From Chloroflexota bacterium (lineage in GTDB: Bacteria; Chloroflexota; Limnocylindria; Limnocylindrales; CSP1-4), in NCBI GenBank assembly GCA_021783595.1, contig JAJXTS010000001.1, positions 34 through 64,033 on the forward strand: a DNA stretch of 64,000 bases, in the 5' to 3' direction. The notes beneath the pieces are model-generated. The model made no database searches. It was given only the letters and a program-made list of their open reading frames with translations, and was not told the DNA's origin. This document shows positions 1-9,379 of the stretch, piece after piece (within the stretch, counting starts at the first letter, position 1; every line of letters starts with the position of its first letter). The translations under genes were made by a program, and so were the position numbers.

Positions 1-829
1 TCAGGGCCCGCTCATCCACGAGCTCGCCGCGGGCGACGTTGATGACCCACGCGCCGGGCTTCATCCGCTCGATCGCGGCGTCCGAGATCAGCCCTCGCGT
101 CCCCTCGGTCAGGGGCGCGGCCAGCACCACGAAGTCGGACTCGGCGAGCATGTCCGCCAGCTGGTCGGGAGGCAGGACGCGCTCGAGCATGAGGGTGCCC
201 AGGAACGGCTCGTCGCCGGCCCCGTCCGACGCGTTCGACCCCGCCTCCGGCCGCCGGCGCGTGGCGATCACCCGGCAGCCGAACGCCGTGGCCAGCGCGC
301 CGACCGCCCGCCCGATGGACCCGAGGCCCACGATCCCGACGGTCACGTCGCGGAGCTCGCGCGCCTCGAGCGGCTGCCACGTGCGCTCGGCCTGGAGCTC
401 CAGGAGCTGCGGCAGGCGTCGGGCCGCGGACAGGATCATGAGCATCACGTACTCGGCGATGGGCCGGCTGAACACCCCCCGCGCGTTGGTGATGACGAGG
501 CCCCGGGCGCGCGACGCCGGGGTCAGCACCCGCTCCACGCCCGCCGTCGCCGAGTGGACCCACCGCAGCGACGGCGCCCGGGCCAGGATCCGGTCGAACG
601 TCTCCGCCGGCAGCCGCCCGCGGAGCATCACCTCCACGTCGTCGAGCGGTCCGTCAGGGTGGCCGTCGAAGCCGATCGTCACCAGCCGCGCGCCGGGCGC
701 CGCCGCGCGGACCACCTCGATGTCGCGAGTCCGGTAGCGCGCCGCCAGGATCGGGGTCAGCGCGATCGCCGCCGGGACGCCGCCCGGGCCCGACCCGGGT
801 CCCGGTGCCCGCGAGGCCGCCTCGTTCAC
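1..829 (-). CDS. D-isomer-specific 2-hydroxyacid dehydrogenase (NAD-binding), C-terminus cut by window edge
   Basis: Minus-strand frame (not in ORF track because no stop lies in the window) reads ...LRWVHSATAGVE...PGAWVINVARGELVDERAL. GTG start at 829 overlaps the upstream stop as GTGA. Classic 2-HADH motifs. Confidence 0.7.
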   Translation of the reverse strand, partial: MNEAASRAPGPGSGPGGVPAAIALTPILAARYRTRDIEVVRAAAPGARLVTIGFDGHPDGPLDDVEVMLRGRLPAETFDRILARAPSLRWVHSATAGVERVLTPASRARGLVITNARGVFSRPIAEYVMLMILSAARRLPQLLELQAERTWQPLEARELRDVTVGIVGLGSIGRAVGALATAFGCRVIATRRRPEAGSNASDGAGDEPFLGTLMLERVLPPDQLADMLAESDFVVLAAPLTEGTRGLISDAAIERMKPGAWVINVARGELVDERAL

Positions 830-2064
830 GCCGTCCCTCCTTCGGCGCCCCACGGGCGCATCCGGCGCACCCACGCCGCCGGGTCGTCCAGCTCCGCGGG
901 CGACGGCAGCGACTCCGGGCCCTCCCAGAGGCGCCGCAAGGCGGCCGGGCCGGCGATCCCCTCGATCGCGGCCACGAACGCCTCGCCCCTACGGTACTGC
1001 TCCAGTTTGAGGTCCATGCCCGTGATCCGGAGCATCGCCCGCTCGAGCGGCGTGCGCCGCACGCGCCGCCCGTGGAACCGCACGGAGATCCGGGCGTGCC
1101 CGGGGACCAGCTCCCTGCCCACCGCGTCCATCACGTGGTCGCTGAACCCCTCGAGCAGGCTCATCAGGGTCTGGGTCTCGCGGAAGGCGTCGCGCTGCTC
1201 GGCGGTCATCAGGCGCTCGAGCCAGTGCCGGTCATCGTGGCGGCCCTCGCCGCGGAGGGCCGCGGTCGCCTGGCGGGCCGCGTCACGGCCGAGCGCGACG
1301 GCGTCGTCGCCGAACATCGAGACCTGGCGCTCGAGTCGCGACGCCAGGTACGGGCGGAGCCAGGGGTGGGCCTCGAACTCGTAGGCGTGCGTGGTCTCGT
1401 GGAGGGCGATCCACGTCCGGAACGGCCCCACGGGCACGTCGAGCGCGCTCGCCACGGCCCGGATGTTCTCCTCCACGAACAGGAGGCGGCCCGGCGCCGC
1501 CTCGGCGGCCAGCAGCGCCAGGTCGTACTGGCCCAGGACCCGCTGGCCCATGAACCCCAGCAGGACGCCCATCTGGGTGGTGGTGACCCAGCGATTGGCC
1601 AGCGCCATCGCGGACTTCGCCATGCCGGCGCCCGGCGGCAGCAGCCCGTCCAGCAGGCCCACCTCGAGCCGGCCCATCAGGGCGGCGAAGGCCGCGGTGT
1701 TCGCCCGGACCCACTCGCCGCGACCCACCACCGCCGCGCGCTCCACCACGCCGGGCAGGGGCACGCCGAGGTGCGCCTCCAGCGCGGGCACGACCCGCGC
1801 CATCGAGGCCGCGTAGTCAGGCTCGACGGCGCGCAGCTCGCGCGGCTCGAGCGCTCCCCCGGCCCGCCGCAGCCTCGCCTCGGCCACCTGCTCGACGCGG
1901 CGCCAGTCCACCAGGCCGGCTGCCCGGGCTCGGCGCTCGACCCGGCGCTCGGCCACCGTGAGCGCGGCGCCCGCCGCCAGGCCGAGCGCGAAGCCGGCCG
2001 GCCAGCGCAGCAGCGACGGGGCGCCTCCGGGCCGTCCGTCGCCGGGTCGGGCCGCGGGGCTCAA
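826..2064 (-). CDS. zinc-dependent metalloprotease, DUF2342/zincin-like family
   Basis: 412-aa ORF with HETTH (HExxH) motif and family-typical flanks (FVEENIRAVA...WIALHETTHAYEF). 4-nt overlaps at both ends. Confidence 0.65.
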   Translation of the reverse strand: MSPAARPGDGRPGGAPSLLRWPAGFALGLAAGAALTVAERRVERRARAAGLVDWRRVEQVAEARLRRAGGALEPRELRAVEPDYAASMARVVPALEAHLGVPLPGVVERAAVVGRGEWVRANTAAFAALMGRLEVGLLDGLLPPGAGMAKSAMALANRWVTTTQMGVLLGFMGQRVLGQYDLALLAAEAAPGRLLFVEENIRAVASALDVPVGPFRTWIALHETTHAYEFEAHPWLRPYLASRLERQVSMFGDDAVALGRDAARQATAALRGEGRHDDRHWLERLMTAEQRDAFRETQTLMSLLEGFSDHVMDAVGRELVPGHARISVRFHGRRVRRTPLERAMLRITGMDLKLEQYRRGEAFVAAIEGIAGPAALRRLWEGPESLPSPAELDDPAAWVRRMRPWGAEGGTA

Positions 2065-2981
2065 GCGCCGGCCGCCAGCTCGATCCCCGCGACGTCCGGG
2101 AAGGCCTCGCCGAACATCCGCACGGCGATGGACGTGAAGCGCCGCACGTCACCCGTCGTCAGCTGCAGGTGCGAGGCCGGGGCGCCATAGGTCTCGGCCG
2201 GCCGGGAGTGGCCGGCCTTGCCCGGGTCGGCGGCCGTGCCGCGCGTGGTGCCCGGCGCCTCCAGGCCGTTGACCGACAGCAGCTCCGCCAGCGTGGCCGC
2301 CGTGGCCGTCGCCGAGTCCACGATCGCCACGCGGTCCCCGACCGCCCTCGCGAGGACCGGCCGGATCAGCGGGTAGTGAGTGCACCCGAGGAGCAGCGTG
2401 TCGATCTTGGCGGACGGCGGGCGCGGGAACACGAACTCGCCGGCCCCATCGCGCTCGCCCAGCAGCGGGGCCAGCTCCTCGGCCACGGCCGCCTCCATCT
2501 CGGGGCCGGCCAGGATGCCCGCCTCGACCATCGGCACGAACCGCGGCGTCGCGTGCTCGTACACCTCGACCGCGGGGTTCTCGTCCTTGATCGCGTTGAA
2601 GTAGGCGTGCGAGCGGACCGTCGCCGGGGTGGCGATCACGCCGACGCGCCGGTTGCGCGTGGCGAGTGCCGCGGCGGCGGCGCCCGGCCGGACCACGCCC
2701 AGCACCGGCAGGTCGTACCGAGCCCGGAGCGCGGGGAGGGCGACGGCCGTCGATGTGTTGCAGGCCACCACGATCGCCTTCACGTCGCGCCGCGCGAGCT
2801 CGTCGAGGGCCTGGACCGAGAACCGCAGCACGTCGGCGTCCGGACGGGTCCCGTAGGGCGCCCGCAGGTTGTCGCCCAGGTACACCGTGGACTCGTGGGG
2901 CGAGCGGCGCAGGATCTCGCGCAGGACGGTGAGCCCGCCGACGCCCGAGTCGAAGACGCCGATGGGACGGGGGTCGGACAT
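2061..2981 (-). CDS. murI: glutamate racemase
   Basis: VFDSGVGGLTV, ACNTSTA and GCTHYP motifs. 306 aa. Confidence 0.9.
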   Translation of the reverse strand: MSDPRPIGVFDSGVGGLTVLREILRRSPHESTVYLGDNLRAPYGTRPDADVLRFSVQALDELARRDVKAIVVACNTSTAVALPALRARYDLPVLGVVRPGAAAAALATRNRRVGVIATPATVRSHAYFNAIKDENPAVEVYEHATPRFVPMVEAGILAGPEMEAAVAEELAPLLGERDGAGEFVFPRPPSAKIDTLLLGCTHYPLIRPVLARAVGDRVAIVDSATATAATLAELLSVNGLEAPGTTRGTAADPGKAGHSRPAETYGAPASHLQLTTGDVRRFTSIAVRMFGEAFPDVAGIELAAGA

Positions 2982-2990
2982 GCGAACCCC

Positions 2991-4124
2991 CTAGCGTCGC
3001 AGCGCGGCCGGGTGGCCGACGAGCTCGCCGACGGTCCGGAACACGTCCTGGCTGATCCTGGCCTCGGGGTCAGCCAGCACGAACGGGATGCCCTCGTTGT
3101 TGGCGCGGACCACCAGGTCGCCGCCCGACGAGACGCTGTGCTCCGGCTGGCGGCCCAGCGCGTCCGCGAGCACCTGCGGGTCGAAGCCGCCGGTGGAGTC
3201 CGCGCGGTTGACGAGGTAGCGCAGCTTCGCCGGCGGGTAGCCGATGGCCCGGAATGCGTCCGCCATGACCATGGTGCTGTGGATCGTCGTCGAGTCGTAG
3301 GAGACGATCTCGAGGATCGTGTCCGCGGCGTCGAGGAAGGCGAGGTTGACGTCGCCGATCACCGCGGGCGTGTCCACCAGGACCACCTGGTAGACCCGGC
3401 GCAGCAGCGAGAGCACCTTCTCCAGGTCGCGGACCGTGACCATCTCGGCCAGCTCGACGCGGGGCGGGGCGAGCAGGATGTCGATCCCCGACGGATCCCG
3501 CCACAGGACGTCCTCGAGGTCCGATTCCTGGATCCGGTCCGTCGGCAGGTCCAGCAGCGACGGGGCGTCGATCGGGACCTTGAGGAGGGCCCGGAGATCG
3601 CCGAACTGGAGGCTCCCGTCGATGAGGACCGTCCGCAGGCCTGCCTGTCCCACGGCCACCGCGAGGTTGAAGGCGATGGTCGTCTTGCCCACGCCGCCCT
3701 TGGGCGCGAAGACCGCGATCACCCGGGCGCTGCCGGCATCGTCCGCGGTCGCTGCGGCCTGTCGCGACTGCTGGATCCTGGCCACCAGCTCATAGCCGCT
3801 GAACGGCATCGGGAGCACGGCGTGGATCCCCGTGGCGGGGTTGACCTGCACCGGGTGCTGCGGGACCGTCAGGACGATGACCGGGACCTGGTTGCCGCTC
3901 TCGTGGAGGCGGGCCACCAGGGTCATGCCCTTCAGCCGGCCCTGGAGCAGGGCGTCCACCAGGATCACGTCCGGGCGCAGCTCGCGCACCAGGTCAGGCA
4001 CGCGCGTCCCGTCGCTGACGACCTCCAGCAGCTTGATGGCGGCCTGCGAGTTCAGGAGGCCGCGGACGTACTGCGCGACTTGCGGGACGTCCTCGACGAC
4101 GAGCAGGCGGATCTGGTCGGCCAT
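2991..4124 (-). CDS. response-regulator receiver domain fused to MinD/ParA-type P-loop ATPase (CpaE/TadZ-like)
   Basis: N-terminal REC-like fold (LLVVEDVP...DVILVD). Deviant Walker A KGGVGKTT with ParA/MinD core (VFAPKGGVGKTTIAFNLA...LIDGSLQFGD). Confidence 0.7.
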   Translation of the reverse strand: MADQIRLLVVEDVPQVAQYVRGLLNSQAAIKLLEVVSDGTRVPDLVRELRPDVILVDALLQGRLKGMTLVARLHESGNQVPVIVLTVPQHPVQVNPATGIHAVLPMPFSGYELVARIQQSRQAAATADDAGSARVIAVFAPKGGVGKTTIAFNLAVAVGQAGLRTVLIDGSLQFGDLRALLKVPIDAPSLLDLPTDRIQESDLEDVLWRDPSGIDILLAPPRVELAEMVTVRDLEKVLSLLRRVYQVVLVDTPAVIGDVNLAFLDAADTILEIVSYDSTTIHSTMVMADAFRAIGYPPAKLRYLVNRADSTGGFDPQVLADALGRQPEHSVSSGGDLVVRANNEGIPFVLADPEARISQDVFRTVGELVGHPAALRR

Positions 4125-4181
4125 CCCCGCGACGATACCACGCAGGCCCGCGCCGCCCGGGCCCTGCCGCCGCCGCCCGGC

Positions 4182-4970
4182 CTAGGGCTTCCGGGCCACC
4201 AGGACGGCGCGGTCGGCTCCGGGGCCGAGCGCCCCGAGGTCGTACCCGCCGGCGAGCTCCTCCACCACCAGGCCGGCGCCCTCGGCGAACGCCGCGAGCT
4301 CGTCCGGGCCCACCAGGCGGAGGCGGTCGGTCCGCACCCAGCGGGCAGGCGGCTCGCCGGGCAAGCCGCCCTCGAAGATCGTCGTCAGGCTCACGACTCC
4401 GCTGGCGGCATCGAACTCCGCGGCGCCGGTCTTGGTGACGGTGTGGCCGGTGGCCGGGTCGTCGCGGACCCACTCGAGGACGAGCCTGCCGTCGTACCGC
4501 GATAGGTCGTCGGCGTCGGGGAGCCAGACGTCAACCACCGCCAGGCCGCCGGGGGCGAGGTGGTCCGCCAGGGTCCGCACGGCTGCGGCCTGGTCCGCCC
4601 TGCCGCCCACCAGGAAGATCGAGTTGAGCGGGATGGAGGCCAGCCGGTACGCGCCCGCGTCGTCGAGCCGGATCGTGCGGGCATCGCCCTCCACCAGCCG
4701 GAGGCGACGGGCCGTCGCGCGTCCCGCGGCGTCCCCCGCGGAGCGGGCGCGGGCGAGCATCGCCGGGTCGAGGTCCACGCCGGTGACCCGCAGGCCGCTC
4801 GCCGCCAGCGGCACGGCGACCCGGCCGGTGCCCACCGCCAGCTCCAGCAGCGGGCCCCCCGTTCGCGCCGCGAGGGCGAGGTACAGGTCCAGGTCGCCCG
4901 GGTCGGACGCGAGGTCGAGGTCGTACAGGCGGGCCAGGGCATCCGCCGCCCGCTCGGGCGCGTGGCTCAT
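4182..4970 (-). CDS. class I SAM-dependent methyltransferase
   Basis: LELAVGTGRVAVPLAASGLRVTGVDLDPAML is a glycine-rich SAM-binding motif I. Confidence 0.7.
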   Translation of the reverse strand: MSHAPERAADALARLYDLDLASDPGDLDLYLALAARTGGPLLELAVGTGRVAVPLAASGLRVTGVDLDPAMLARARSAGDAAGRATARRLRLVEGDARTIRLDDAGAYRLASIPLNSIFLVGGRADQAAAVRTLADHLAPGGLAVVDVWLPDADDLSRYDGRLVLEWVRDDPATGHTVTKTGAAEFDAASGVVSLTTIFEGGLPGEPPARWVRTDRLRLVGPDELAAFAEGAGLVVEELAGGYDLGALGPGADRAVLVARKP

Positions 4971-5055
4971 GCGCGAGCGGTCACGCCCACGCGTCCGGCG
5001 CGTGGGGCCCTTCCGGGCACAGGGGCCGGCGCCGCGCTGCCCGGCCCCCGCCCGC

Positions 5056-6126
5056 TCACCGGTCCCCCGCCGGCGTGAAGCGGACGGGATGGCCGTCCAG
5101 CTGCTTCCTCGCCAGGGCGCTGATGCACTCGAGCGCGATGCGGTTGGCGGCCATCGCGGTCACGTCCGCGTGGTCGTACGGCGGCGCCACCTCGACGATG
5201 TCCATCGCGGCGATCTCCACCTTGCCCGCGATCCGCCGGACGGCCCGCAGGATCTCGCGCGGCAGGAACCCGCCCGGCTCGGGCGTGCCGGTGCCCGGGG
5301 CGCTGCCGGGGTCGATGACGTCGATGTCGACGCTGATGTAGATCGCGTCGGGCCCGTCGAGTGCCTCGGCGATGGCGTCGTCGATGACGGCCTCGGCGCC
5401 CCGCTCCTCAACCTCGCGCATGAGGTGCCAGCGCAGGCCGTGCTCCTTCATCCACGCGAACGTCTCGACCGGGGGCCAGTAGCCGCGCAGGCCCACCTGC
5501 ACGAAGTTGGACCCCTTGACGGCGCCCGACTCGATCAGGCGGCGCATCGGCGTCCCGTGGCCCGCGAGCACGCCCCAGTCCTCGTTGGCGGTGTCCGCGT
5601 GGGCGTCGAAGTGGACGATGCCGATGCTGCCGGGGCGGCGCACCTCGGCCACCGCCGTGGCGCTGGGCCAGGTGATCGAGTGGTCGCCGCCCAGCACGAT
5701 CGGGATCGCGCCGGTGGCCGCCACCTCGCGCACCTTGCGGTAGATGAAGGCGTGGGCGCGGTCAGCCCACGCGGGCACCACGTTCGCGTCGCCGGCGTCC
5801 ACCACCTTGAGGATCTCGAACGGCTCGACACCCAGCTGGAGGGAGTGGATGGAGCCCGAGGTGTACTGCGCCTCGCGGATCGCTCGCGGCCCGAAGCGGG
5901 CGCCGGGTCGGTGGCTCACCGCGTCGTCGAACGGGGCCCCCACGATGGCGACGTCCACCTGGCGGGCGCGCAGCTCGGCGGCATCCGGCACCCATGGCAG
6001 CCTCATGAACGTCGGCAGGCCGACGTACGTCGGCAGGTCGAAATCGTCAAAGGCCTCGTACTCGCGGTTCCAGCCGTTCTTGACGGCGAACTCGCTCTGG
6101 GGGGCAGGCTCGGGACGCTCGGCCAC
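5056..6126 (-). CDS. agmatinase/arginase-family ureohydrolase
   Basis: GGDHSIT, DAHADT and SVDIDVIDP Mn-binding motifs. Start placed at in-frame GTG 6126 preceded by GGAGGA. The track ORF extends to 6465 through an Arg-rich stretch that overlaps the GNAT gene, so that extension is unlikely. Confidence 0.7.
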   Translation of the reverse strand: MAERPEPAPQSEFAVKNGWNREYEAFDDFDLPTYVGLPTFMRLPWVPDAAELRARQVDVAIVGAPFDDAVSHRPGARFGPRAIREAQYTSGSIHSLQLGVEPFEILKVVDAGDANVVPAWADRAHAFIYRKVREVAATGAIPIVLGGDHSITWPSATAVAEVRRPGSIGIVHFDAHADTANEDWGVLAGHGTPMRRLIESGAVKGSNFVQVGLRGYWPPVETFAWMKEHGLRWHLMREVEERGAEAVIDDAIAEALDGPDAIYISVDIDVIDPGSAPGTGTPEPGGFLPREILRAVRRIAGKVEIAAMDIVEVAPPYDHADVTAMAANRIALECISALARKQLDGHPVRFTPAGDR

Positions 6127-6380
6127 GATGTCCTCCGGGGAGGTGGCTGGTCGCACCGGGGCATCACGCCCGGGACCGTTCACCGCCTCGTTCGCGGGCG
6201 CCGCCGGTTCGGGTCTCCGTCCAGCGGGGCGCGCCGCGCCGCATGGTACCCGGTCGCAACGATTGGAGCCTCGCGAGTTGCGAACGCCGACCGCGGGTGA
6301 CCGCCAGGCCGGCCGCCTCGGGGCGGGCCGGAACGACGCCAACGTGGCTCGCGGGCGGCGCGAGGCAGACGGGAGGGTCG

Positions 6381-6887
6381 CTACCCCTCGAGCCGCCTGA
6401 GGAAGACCACCATGTCGCGCTCGTCGCCCTCGTAGTCGGGGTAGGCCGTCGTGCCGTAGAGCCACCTTGTGCCCGGCCCATCGTCCACGCGGAAGCCGAT
6501 CGAGGTGTGGAAGCGGATCGAGACCCGGTTGCCGGCCCAGGTGATCGCCCGGACCTCGCGCACCCCGCGGGCGGCCACGTCGTCGAAGAAGCGCCGGTAG
6601 AGCTCGCGGCCGAGCCCCCGCCTCCGGTGGTTCGGGCTGGTCGCGATCATGTGGACGTAGCCGACCGCCGGGTCGTCCGGGCTAACGAAGCCGACCAGGA
6701 ACCCGGCCAGCGCTCCGTCGGCCGTCTCGGCGATCCACGACGTGCCCGTGAAGAACTGCAGCCACAGGCGCGGCAGCAGGGGGGCGAGCTGGCGGCCGGC
6801 CCACCAGTGGTCGACGACCGCGACCAGCCGCCGGTGGTCGGCCTCGACCGGCCGCCGAAACGCCAGCGGCGCCGTGCCCGCGTCCAC
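6381..6887 (-). CDS. GNAT family N-acetyltransferase
   Basis: 168 aa with the acetyl-CoA motif RRRGLGRELYRRF in a GNAT fold. Confidence 0.65.
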   Translation of the reverse strand: MDAGTAPLAFRRPVEADHRRLVAVVDHWWAGRQLAPLLPRLWLQFFTGTSWIAETADGALAGFLVGFVSPDDPAVGYVHMIATSPNHRRRGLGRELYRRFFDDVAARGVREVRAITWAGNRVSIRFHTSIGFRVDDGPGTRWLYGTTAYPDYEGDERDMVVFLRRLEG

Positions 6888-6899
6888 GCCGCTACGCCC

Positions 6900-8117
6900 T
6901 CAGCTCTCCCCCCGGAACTCCCGCCACGCCGCCGCCGAGGTCGCCGGGTCGAGCAGCAGGTCCAGCGCGGTCTGCGCGACGAGCGTCGCCGCCAGGAGCG
7001 TCGTCCGGTCTCCGTGCGGGGAGCACGCCGCCTGGAGGAACTCCACCGTGTGGCCCGGCACCGGCGTGTCGCTGATCGCGAGGTCGGGGTGGATTGCCGG
7101 CACCGCCCAGGACACGTTCGCCATGTCGGTCGATCCCGACGTGGGGTCCGGCCCCTGGTCGACGATGCCGTAGGCCTCTCCGTTCCTCACCCACAGGTCG
7201 GCGAGGACGCGGTTGTGCTTCATCGTGCTCGCGTAGCCGCTGTACTCGACCGTGACCTCTACGTCGGCCGCCTTGGCCGCCGCCTCGCACAGCGCCGTGA
7301 AGCGCGGCTTCATCCTGGCGTCGTAGAAGGCCTGGTCCGCCGAGCGGACCATGAACCAGGCCTTGGTGCGGCTCGGGATGATGTTCGCGGCCGTGCCGCC
7401 CTCGGAGATGACGCCGTGGACTCGGCAGTGCGTCGGCAGCTGCTGGCGCCAGAGGCCCACGCTGACGAACAGCGCGATCATCGCGTCGAGCGCGTTCTTG
7501 CCCATCCAGGGATCGCTCGCCGCGTGCGAGGCGACGCCCGTGAACGTGACCACCACGTCCTCGCTCGCCAGCGGCCGGGTCTCGACGTGGTTGCGGTCGC
7601 ACGGGTGGTAGAGCAGCGCGGCGTCCACGCCCTCGAACAGCCCGTCCCTGAGCATGATCTCCTTGCCGCTCCCCCGCTCCTCCGCCGGGGTGCCCAGGAA
7701 CACCACCTCGCCCGCCCACGCGTCGCGCACCGCGGCCAGGGCCAGCGCCGCGCCGACGCCGGACGCCGCCATGGTGTTGTGCCCGCAGCCGTGGCCGAGG
7801 CCGGGCAGCGCGTCGTACTCCGCGAGCACCGCGATCCGGGGCCCGTCCGGTCCCTTGCCGCCCGCCAGGCGTCCCCGGACCGCCGTCGCGAGGCTGCCTG
7901 GGCCCATCTCGACCGAGTACCCGTGGCGCGAGATGACCTCCGCCACGGAGCCGGACGCGTAGCGCTCCTCGAACGCCGGCTCGGGGTTGGCGTGGATGCG
8001 GTGGGACAGGTCCAGCAGCTCCTCCCGCGCCGCCTCGATGGCGGCCGCAGCCCGGGCCTTGACGTCCGCGAAGGGCGCGGCCGGGGTGAACGAGGTCAGC
8101 GGGGCGGGGTCGGCCAT
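6900..8117 (-). CDS. M20-family metallopeptidase/amidohydrolase (AbgA/HipO-like)
   Basis: HGCGHN metal-binding motif, GTPAEE, 405 aa. RBS AGGAGCC upstream of ATG 8117. Confidence 0.75.
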   Translation of the reverse strand: MADPAPLTSFTPAAPFADVKARAAAAIEAAREELLDLSHRIHANPEPAFEERYASGSVAEVISRHGYSVEMGPGSLATAVRGRLAGGKGPDGPRIAVLAEYDALPGLGHGCGHNTMAASGVGAALALAAVRDAWAGEVVFLGTPAEERGSGKEIMLRDGLFEGVDAALLYHPCDRNHVETRPLASEDVVVTFTGVASHAASDPWMGKNALDAMIALFVSVGLWRQQLPTHCRVHGVISEGGTAANIIPSRTKAWFMVRSADQAFYDARMKPRFTALCEAAAKAADVEVTVEYSGYASTMKHNRVLADLWVRNGEAYGIVDQGPDPTSGSTDMANVSWAVPAIHPDLAISDTPVPGHTVEFLQAACSPHGDRTTLLAATLVAQTALDLLLDPATSAAAWREFRGES

Positions 8118-8126
8118 GGGTGGCTC

Positions 8127-8501
8127 CTAACGCTCGGCGGAGAGGGTGAGCTCCGCCACGACGAAGATGGCGGCGAGGAACAGGACGATCGGGAACTGGA
8201 ACGCGTCCACCAGCCGCAGGACGACGATGACAGCGCAGAACAGGCCGATCCAGGCACCGCGGCGCACGGCGCGGAACCAGTCGCCGTTGTAGGCGATGCG
8301 CCGGTGGCGGGCGAAGGCCACGAGCCAGGCGAGCGGGGCAGCGGTCAGCCCGACTGCGAGGCCGATGAGCACCGCCCCGGCGTAGCCGCTCGACAGATCC
8401 GCGTACGGGTCCCGGGTGGTGACGACGATCCCCACCAGGATCCAGGAGACCAGGGCCGCCAGGAGCAGTCCGACGTTGGCGAGGCGGTCGCGAGTCTCCA
8501 C
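8127..8501 (-). CDS. small hypothetical membrane protein (about 125 aa, 3 TM)
   Basis: C-terminal part of track ORF 8127..9341 is strongly hydrophobic. Its N-terminal part overlaps the permease in another frame and is rejected. Start put at in-frame GTG 8501. Confidence 0.4.
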   Translation of the reverse strand: METRDRLANVGLLLAALVSWILVGIVVTTRDPYADLSSGYAGAVLIGLAVGLTAAPLAWLVAFARHRRIAYNGDWFRAVRRGAWIGLFCAVIVVLRLVDAFQFPIVLFLAAIFVVAELTLSAER

Positions 8502-8578
8502 GCCCCGAGTGTACGGGTGCCGGGCCGCGCTCGGCGCCCGGGGCGCGTCCGGGACGCGGCGCGAGGCCGTCCGCGCGA

Positions 8579-9379
8579 TCAGGCGACCAGGTCCCGGCGC
8601 TCGAACGCGACGGCAGCCAGCACCGCGGCGGCAACAGCGCCGCAGGCCAGCACGACGGCGCTCCACGGGTCGAGACCCCGCGACAGCGGGTCCCCGGCGA
8701 TGTAGTGGTAGAAGGGCGAGGCCGGCCGCCAGGGGTCGAGCCAGTCGACCAGCGCACCGAGCGTGTTGACGAGGAAGGCGGCCACCGCGAGCGCGAACGG
8801 GACCGCGATGGCGACCATGCGCCGGCCCCACAGGGCCCCGATCAGAAGGGCGAGACCGCCGAACGCGAGCGCCAGGAGCCCGGCGAGGGCGACGCCGGCG
8901 CCGACCTTGCCGAGATCCAGGCCGACGCCCACGGCCGCCGCCCCGATCGCGAGGCCGGCCAGCGCTCCGGCGCACAGGACCGCGGTGCCCCAGACCATCG
9001 CCGCAGCCTTGCCGGCCAGCACGCGCGAGCGCCGGATCGGCAGCGCCAGCAGGAGATCGAGCGTCCCCCGCTCCTCCTCGCCGGCCGTCGCGCCCGCGGC
9101 CACGGGGATGGCCCAGGCCATCAGCAGCAGCGGCAGCACGAACGCGAACAGCTCCATGTTGAGGTAGCCCTCGGGCGAGGCGATGTCGAGCCCCTCCGAC
9201 ACGAAGACCGAGCGGATCGCGGGCGGCATCGCGTCCAGCAGCTGCTGCATCTCCTCGACGGCACCGATCGACGGGTAGAGCGAGATGTAGAACGCCGGCC
9301 AGACGGCCGTGAACAGCGTCCACGCCACGAGCGCCCGCCACAGGTCGTGGACCGACTTGCCAAACACGCTACGCAGCAT
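8579..9379 (-). CDS. ABC-2 family transporter permease
   Basis: Six predicted TM segments directly downstream of the ABC ATPase. Start chosen at ATG 9379 (MLRSVFGK...) overlapping the ATPase stop. Confidence 0.65.
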   Translation of the reverse strand: MLRSVFGKSVHDLWRALVAWTLFTAVWPAFYISLYPSIGAVEEMQQLLDAMPPAIRSVFVSEGLDIASPEGYLNMELFAFVLPLLLMAWAIPVAAGATAGEEERGTLDLLLALPIRRSRVLAGKAAAMVWGTAVLCAGALAGLAIGAAAVGVGLDLGKVGAGVALAGLLALAFGGLALLIGALWGRRMVAIAVPFALAVAAFLVNTLGALVDWLDPWRPASPFYHYIAGDPLSRGLDPWSAVVLACGAVAAAVLAAVAFERRDLVA

